From the NCBI GenBank assembly GCA_964445115.1, contig CAYUJU010000010.1:2582-66581 (forward strand): 64,000 nt of DNA, in the 5' to 3' direction. The notes below the pieces were generated by a model. That model was not told the origin of the DNA and did no database searches. It worked only from the letters and a program-made list of their open reading frames with translations. Position 1 is the stretch's first letter, and every line of letters starts with the position of its first letter. Position numbers and translations under genes: made by a program. The DNA is from an uncultured Methylobacillus sp. (lineage in GTDB: Bacteria > Pseudomonadota > Gammaproteobacteria > Burkholderiales > Methylophilaceae). Below, piece by piece: positions 59,192 to 64,000 of this stretch.

Positions 59192-59220
59192 ATCTTATTG
59201 ACCGAATTTAAATTAATCAA
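59192..59220 (-). promoter_or_regulatory. Candidate sigma70 promoter for the mshE operon
   Basis: Minus strand TTGATT (59220-59215), 17 nt, TAAGAT (59197-59192), in the AT-rich divergent region between mshE and trmL. Confidence 0.3.
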
Positions 59221-59227
59221 CCTGAAT

Positions 59228-59692
59228 ATGTTCGAGATCGTGCTCTACCAGCCGGAGATTCCCCCAAATACCGGCAACATCATCCGACTGTGCGCCAACA
59301 CCGGTTCGCAACTGCATCTGGTCGAACCGCTGGGTTTTGCACTGGAAGACAAGCAACTCAAGCGAGCAGGACTGGATTATCACGAATACGCCTCTCTGCA
59401 GGTGCATGCCAACTGGGAGTCCTGCATGGCGAAACTGGCGGGTCGCCGGGTATTTGCAGCCACCACCAAAGGCAGTTCGCGTTACGACCGGATCGCCTAC
59501 CAACCCGGAGATGTGTTCGTGTTCGGCCCGGAATCCCGGGGACTACCCAGCGAATTGCTGGAGACTTTCGCTGCGGATCGTCGCATCCGCCTGCCCATGC
59601 TACCGCATAGCCGCAGCCTGAATCTGTCCAACGCCGCCGCCGTAATGGTTTACGAGGCCTGGCGGCAAAACGGGTTCGGGGAAGGAAGCTAG
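59228..59692 (+). CDS. trmL: tRNA (cytidine/uridine-2'-O)-methyltransferase TrmL
   Basis: MFEIVLYQPEIPPNTGNIIR N-terminus and SpoU knot motif NLSNAAAVMVYEAWRQ. The ATG at 59228 is preferred over the upstream TTG. Confidence 0.88.
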   Translation: MFEIVLYQPEIPPNTGNIIRLCANTGSQLHLVEPLGFALEDKQLKRAGLDYHEYASLQVHANWESCMAKLAGRRVFAATTKGSSRYDRIAYQPGDVFVFGPESRGLPSELLETFAADRRIRLPMLPHSRSLNLSNAAAVMVYEAWRQNGFGEGS

Positions 59693-59695
59693 CGG

Positions 59696-60679
59696 CTACT
59701 CTGCCCGCGGTTCCCGGCTGAGCAGGTTCTCGACCGCCTCGCGCGGCGAAAGCCCTTCTGACAGCACGCGGTTCACTTCGTGCGTAATCGGCATCTCGAC
59801 GCCGAGTTGGCGCGCACGGTTGTGGACTTCGCGCGTGGTATGCACCCCTTCGGCCACATGACCGAGCGAAGTGATGATCTGGTCCAGGGTCTCGCCCTGC
59901 GCCAAGCGCAAGCCGACGGTGCGATTACGCGAGGAATCGCCGGTACAGGTCAGCACCAGGTCGCCGGCACCGGCCAGCCCCATGAAAGTCTGCCCGCGGC
60001 CACCGACAGCCAGGCCAAAACGCGTAATCTCGGCCAGACCGCGCGTAATCAGCGCCGCACGCGCGTTCGCGCCGAAGCCCATGCCATCGCAGATGCCGGC
60101 GGCAATCGCCATCACGTTCTTGAGCGCGCCGCCAACCGCCACCCCGACCACATCCTGGCTGGAATACACGCGCACGTTGCCGGCATGCATGGCCAGCGCG
60201 GCTTCCTGCGCAAAATCGGCATCGGTGGAGGCTAGTGTCATCGCCGTCGGCAAGCCCTTGGCCAGATCGCTGGCAAAACTAGGCCCGGACAGGATGCCCC
60301 AGGTCTGGCCGAACGGCAGTTCTTCCTCGGCCAGTTCATGCAGCAACAGCGCAGTATCGCGCTCCAGCCCCTTGTTGGCCCACACCACAGGTGCCTGCAC
60401 GCGCAACGCCTTGATTTCGCGCATCATGGCGCGCACGCCCGAGGTCGGCACAACGGACAGGATCAGTTCGGCCGACTGCAGCGTCTTGTGCAGGTCGGAT
60501 TCCAGTTGCAGCGTATCCGGGAACGGATACTCGCCCAGCAGCTTCTGGTTGGACCGCGTACGGCGCATGGTCTCGACATGTTCCGGGTTGCGTGCCCAGA
60601 GCGTCACCGGATGGCGTCGCGCCAGATGAATGGCCAGCGCAGTTCCCCAGGCCCCTGCGCCAAGAACGGCAATTTTCAT
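59696..60679 (-). CDS. gpsA: NAD(P)H-dependent glycerol-3-phosphate dehydrogenase
   Basis: MKIAVLGAGAWGTALA Rossmann motif. The ATG at 60679 forms an ATGA overlap with the upstream gene's stop. Confidence 0.92.
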   Translation of the reverse strand: MKIAVLGAGAWGTALAIHLARRHPVTLWARNPEHVETMRRTRSNQKLLGEYPFPDTLQLESDLHKTLQSAELILSVVPTSGVRAMMREIKALRVQAPVVWANKGLERDTALLLHELAEEELPFGQTWGILSGPSFASDLAKGLPTAMTLASTDADFAQEAALAMHAGNVRVYSSQDVVGVAVGGALKNVMAIAAGICDGMGFGANARAALITRGLAEITRFGLAVGGRGQTFMGLAGAGDLVLTCTGDSSRNRTVGLRLAQGETLDQIITSLGHVAEGVHTTREVHNRARQLGVEMPITHEVNRVLSEGLSPREAVENLLSREPRAE

Positions 60680-61122
60680 AATCCCCACACCTTGGAAATT
60701 TGGACAAACCCGGTCAATCCGTCACGGTGGCGCACCTTGGCCCAGCCGTTGGAAGACGTCTCGATCAATTCCAGCGCCACATCCTTCTCGGCGCGAAACA
60801 CCAGACGTGACGCTTCATCCGCTGATTCGCGCACCTCGGCCAGCGCCGTCGTCACCAGCACGGACCGCTTAGTGGACAAGACCTTGGCTTCAGCCCAGGC
60901 CAGTTCGCCACGGCTGTCGCGCACCTTGATCCATTCGCCGAGATTGACGATCACCTCGACCGGATAGGACTGGGTGACGATGTAAAGTTTCTTGGCTTGC
61001 GCGGAAGGCGCGTCGTAAAGGATGGCCTTGGGCACGGAGACCGAACGGTACTCCAATGCCCAAGCCGCTGCCGGCGACAGAAGCGCCGGCAGAACACACA
61101 ACCACTTAGTGAGTGGTCGCAC
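60676..61122 (-). CDS. Secreted tandem SH3b-like domain protein
   Basis: The GTG at 61122 gives the signal peptide MRPLTKWLCVLPALLSPAAAWA, followed by two SH3-like repeats (..WIKVRDSRGELAW.., ..WAKVRHRDGLTGF..). The start is uncertain. The longer ORF overlaps secB. Confidence 0.6.
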   Translation of the reverse strand: MRPLTKWLCVLPALLSPAAAWALEYRSVSVPKAILYDAPSAQAKKLYIVTQSYPVEVIVNLGEWIKVRDSRGELAWAEAKVLSTKRSVLVTTALAEVRESADEASRLVFRAEKDVALELIETSSNGWAKVRHRDGLTGFVQISKVWGL

Positions 61123-61600
61123 CAGCTTGCTCAGCCTGCTGCTGGGCTTGTTGCTGCTTCTGTTGGGCGAACAGCGCCTCGAAGTTGATCGGGTTGAGCA
61201 GCACGGCCGGGAAACCTGCACGCGTCACCAAGTCGGACACCGCTTCGCGAGCGTACGGGAACAGGATGTTCGGGCAAGTGATGCCCAGAATGGCTTCGAG
61301 GTTCTCGTTCGGAACGTTGCGAATCTGGAAAATACCGGCTTGTGCGACTTCGACCAGGAACACCACGTTTTCCTCGGCCTTGGAAGTCACGGTCACGGTG
61401 ATTTCGACTTCGAACACGCCATCACCGATCGCACGACCAGCGTTGCTCAGCTCGATACCGACTTGCGGTGCTTCCTGCTGCAGAAAGACGTGCGGCGCGT
61501 TGGGCACTTCGAGGGAAGCGTCCTTGATGTAGATCTTTTCGATCGTGAAAACCGGTTGCTGGTTTTGCTCTTGTGCTGCTGCCTGCTGCTCTTCTGCCAT
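61106..61600 (-). CDS. secB: Protein-export chaperone SecB
   Basis: 164 aa. PVFTIEKIYIKDASLEVPNAP and an acidic/Gln-rich C-terminus. Confidence 0.92.
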   Translation of the reverse strand: MAEEQQAAAQEQNQQPVFTIEKIYIKDASLEVPNAPHVFLQQEAPQVGIELSNAGRAIGDGVFEVEITVTVTSKAEENVVFLVEVAQAGIFQIRNVPNENLEAILGITCPNILFPYAREAVSDLVTRAGFPAVLLNPINFEALFAQQKQQQAQQQAEQAGATTH

Positions 61601-61659
61601 GATGAATCCCGAATTAATAAGGTGGGTAAAACCCCTATTCTAACCGGATTTAACCCGGA

Positions 61660-61917
61660 TCAGCCAGCCAGTAGCGCATCAAGCTGACCAGCCCGATCCA
61701 GCGCGTACAGATCGTCACAACCACCCACGTGGCGATCCCCGATCCAGATCTGCGGCACGGTGCGTCGACCACTCTTGCGCATCATCTCTTCCCGCTGCTG
61801 CGGGTCGAGGTCGACGCGCACCTTCTCGATCTCTGCCACACCCTTGCTCTTCAACAGCCGCTCTGCGTTCACGCAATAAGGGCAGACGGCAGTCGCGTAC
61901 ATCAGCACTTTGGCCAT
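61660..61917 (-). CDS. grxC: Glutaredoxin 3
   Basis: The ATG at 61917 gives MAKVLMYATAVCPYCVNAERLL with a CPYC active site. 85 aa. Confidence 0.9.
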   Translation of the reverse strand: MAKVLMYATAVCPYCVNAERLLKSKGVAEIEKVRVDLDPQQREEMMRKSGRRTVPQIWIGDRHVGGCDDLYALDRAGQLDALLAG

Positions 61918-62333
61918 CACGACTCCTTGATCACCGGCAGCTTGGCCTGTACCCAGGCGTTCACCCCGCCTTGCAGGTTGTGCAGGCGGCTGAACCCGGC
62001 CTTGGTCAGGATGCCGCAGGCGCTGGTGGAGCGCACGCCGCCCTGGCAATTCACCAAGAGGGTCTTGTCCTTGTATTTGGCCAATTCTCCCAGGCGAGAC
62101 TCCAGTTCGCCCAGCGGGATATTGATGGCGTCAGTAATGTGGCCAGCCGCAAACTCGCCCGGATTACGCACGTCCAGCACGGTCGCATGCTCACGGTTGA
62201 TCAGCAGCACGGCCTCGGTCGGCGATACATCCGCAACACCAGAAGTACCGCGCTTCAGCATCGGCACCAGCAGCCAGAGACCGGAGGCCACGGCCAGCAC
62301 CACCAGCAACAGGTTATCCATGACAAATTTCAT
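61917..62333 (-). CDS. Membrane-anchored rhodanese-domain protein
   Basis: N-terminal TM helix. Rhodanese active-site loop VNCQGGVRS. The ATG at 62333 is 9 nt after AAGGAG. Confidence 0.85.
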   Translation of the reverse strand: MKFVMDNLLLVVLAVASGLWLLVPMLKRGTSGVADVSPTEAVLLINREHATVLDVRNPGEFAAGHITDAINIPLGELESRLGELAKYKDKTLLVNCQGGVRSTSACGILTKAGFSRLHNLQGGVNAWVQAKLPVIKES

Positions 62334-62338
62334 ACCAC

Positions 62339-64000
62339 TCACTCCTTCGCCTTGGCGGCGACTTCGTTCAACAAAAATTCGTAGCGGCCGGGAGTTTTCT
62401 CGGCCAGCACGCGCAATTCCTTTTCGAAACCCGACACATCCCGCGGATACGCCCGCATCGCACGGCGCAATTGTACCAGCGCCGCCTCCTGCTCACCTTT
62501 CAAGGCCAACAACAGCACATGCCGGTACACCACACGACGAATCGGCGAGAAACGCATCGCCGCCTCGCTCAGGATCAACTTGTCCTCCAATTGCTCAGGG
62601 GTGGGTTCGACCGACGCCGCCAGCACGAGTTCGACATAAGAAGACAGCAGGGATTCCCGGTGCACCTGCATCAGGTCACGCGTGATCTCCGGCAACTGTG
62701 CATCCCGCACTTCACCGCGCAGGCCGCGCTGCATCCAGTGTTCCAGTTGGGCATAGGACTGCGTCAGACTGACCAGCCCAATGCTGCCCAACAGCAGCAT
62801 GGCCACCAGTGCCAGACGTCCGACCCGCTGGAGTTCCAGGCGCAATGGATGCTCATCGCCCGCCCCCAGCAGCAGGGCGGCAACACCGAGAAAATAAGTG
62901 TACCAAAGCGGATATTCCAGCAGACTGTGGATACCCAACACCATCAACAGTGCCAGCACCCACCAGCGTTCCGGGGTCCGATCCCCGCGCAGCAGCCCGA
63001 CTAGCCACAGTCCGATAAACCCCAGCATCAGCATGCCAGCCAGCACGCCCATCTCGGCCAGCAGATGCAGCAGCAGGTTGTGCGCATGCTCGGCCGGTTC
63101 GATCGTCAACGCCGGCATGCGCTCGATGAGGACGAAGCTGTTCCAGTCGAATTGACCGAACCCCACACCCAGCCAGGGCGCTCCAAGAAACATCTGCCAG
63201 GCCTGCTGCCATAGTTGAAGACGTACCGTCGTGCCAGTCACTTCCTGGAACAGGCGCTCGGTCGGGGTCTGCATTCCTGACGCACCAGCCAGTGAGGTCA
63301 CCCACAGCACCGCCTGCTGTACCAGCCAGAACGCAGGTAACATCGCCACACTGAGAAGCATGAGGTGACGTCGACCACCTCGGCGCGACACCCACAGGCT
63401 CGCCAATACGAATGCCAACAGATACAGCCAGGAGCTGCGCGACCCCGAGAGGGCGAGCATGGCAAGGAAGGCCGCGGCCAGCAACACGGTCAGGGCCACC
63501 GGCAAGCGCTTCTTTGCGTCGAGGTAGATCAGCGACCCCAACGCCAGCGCGAGGTAATCGGCAAAATGATTGGCCTGCCCGAGGTTACCGTAAGCCTGGG
63601 CCACGCGCCGTGGCACGAGCCACGCGCCTTGCCATCCCGCCAGTTGGCATACCGTCACCAGCACGCTCAGCACGCCGCCTGCCAACAGACCCCAAGCCAG
63701 CAGTCCGACGAAACGCTCCCACCCCAGCCGTTGCCGCAGGTAGTGGGCCAGCGCCATCAGCAGCATGGCCCACAACAGGTACAGCATGCCCAACTGCGCC
63801 TGCTGGGGATGGATGATATTTCCGGTTAAGTATTGCAGCATGATCAGGCCGACCAGGCCCAGCGGCAACAGGGCGATGCGGGGCAACTGGAAGGGCTGCC
63901 ATGCCCCGGGCGAGAGCAGGGCGACGGTTGCTGCCAGCCCCAGCCAGGCAGCGGCAAGTTCACCGTAGAAACTGGGAATCGGCAGCTGGTGATGCGCGCT
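62339..64000 (-). CDS. PglL/PilO-type O-antigen-ligase-family O-oligosaccharyltransferase (5' end outside window)
   Basis: The reading frame stays open upstream of the TTG at 63886 to the window edge (..HHQLPIPSFYGELAAAWLGLAA..). Many TM helices, a Wzy_C-like core (..AHNLLLHLLAEMG..) and a soluble C-terminal domain like that of membrane-bound polymerase/PglL proteins. Confidence 0.75.
   Translation of the reverse strand, partial: SAHHQLPIPSFYGELAAAWLGLAATVALLSPGAWQPFQLPRIALLPLGLVGLIMLQYLTGNIIHPQQAQLGMLYLLWAMLLMALAHYLRQRLGWERFVGLLAWGLLAGGVLSVLVTVCQLAGWQGAWLVPRRVAQAYGNLGQANHFADYLALALGSLIYLDAKKRLPVALTVLLAAAFLAMLALSGSRSSWLYLLAFVLASLWVSRRGGRRHLMLLSVAMLPAFWLVQQAVLWVTSLAGASGMQTPTERLFQEVTGTTVRLQLWQQAWQMFLGAPWLGVGFGQFDWNSFVLIERMPALTIEPAEHAHNLLLHLLAEMGVLAGMLMLGFIGLWLVGLLRGDRTPERWWVLALLMVLGIHSLLEYPLWYTYFLGVAALLLGAGDEHPLRLELQRVGRLALVAMLLLGSIGLVSLTQSYAQLEHWMQRGLRGEVRDAQLPEITRDLMQVHRESLLSSYVELVLAASVEPTPEQLEDKLILSEAAMRFSPIRRVVYRHVLLLALKGEQEAALVQLRRAMRAYPRDVSGFEKELRVLAEKTPGRYEFLLNEVAAKAKE

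Noticed and set aside
57522-59201. 559-aa ORF on the plus strand covering almost the whole of mshE in antisense. Similar near-full-length antisense ORFs occur at 35311-36471 (vs the MCP), 3060-4079 (vs ybeZ), 531-1679 (vs cysG), 55270-56556 (vs mshB/F/G), 19380-20582 (vs ccoP/Q), 25380-26384 (vs ilvE), 7985-9127 (vs lnt) and 9137-10123 (vs glyQ).
   Set aside because: Their translations are Arg/His/Gly/Gln-rich and low in complexity, with no recognisable motifs. The opposite strand encodes strongly conserved proteins in each case. Long stop-free antisense frames are an expected by-product of GC-rich codon usage. I have no evidence of overlapping genes.

Overview
GC-rich (about 60%) proteobacterial chromosome segment. 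Gene order suggests a betaproteobacterium, but this is inference only. About two thirds is conserved housekeeping: tRNA-Val, cysG, miaB-ybeZ-ybeY-corC, lnt, glyQS-gmhB-plsC, ilvE, murI, pcnB-folK-dNK-panBCD, a bioBFHCD operon, trmL, and gpsA-secB-grxC. There is a full cbb3 oxidase locus (SCO-ccoNOQP-ccoG-ccoH-ccoI). ccoQ is too short for the ORF track and was found by hand. The main accessory feature is a complete 17-gene MSHA-type type IVa pilus locus (42163-59150, all minus strand). Its operon order is permuted relative to Vibrio. It carries a full-consensus sigma54 promoter before the major pilin gene mshA, a strong hairpin after mshA, a tandem c-di-GMP-binding motif in MshE, and a G9 homopolymer inside mshQ. 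Other points: a ketohexokinase-like PfkB gene is frameshifted at a G7 tract; an uncharacterised 4-TM protein is the first gene of the bio operon behind a BirA-operator-like palindrome; a PglL-type O-oligosaccharyltransferase gene is cut by the window end. I found no CRISPR array, IS element, integrase, phage gene or recognisable defence system. I cannot point to a clearly unprecedented system. The pilus locus and the bio-operon membrane protein are the best leads. Many long ORFs in the track are antisense shadow ORFs typical of GC-rich DNA.
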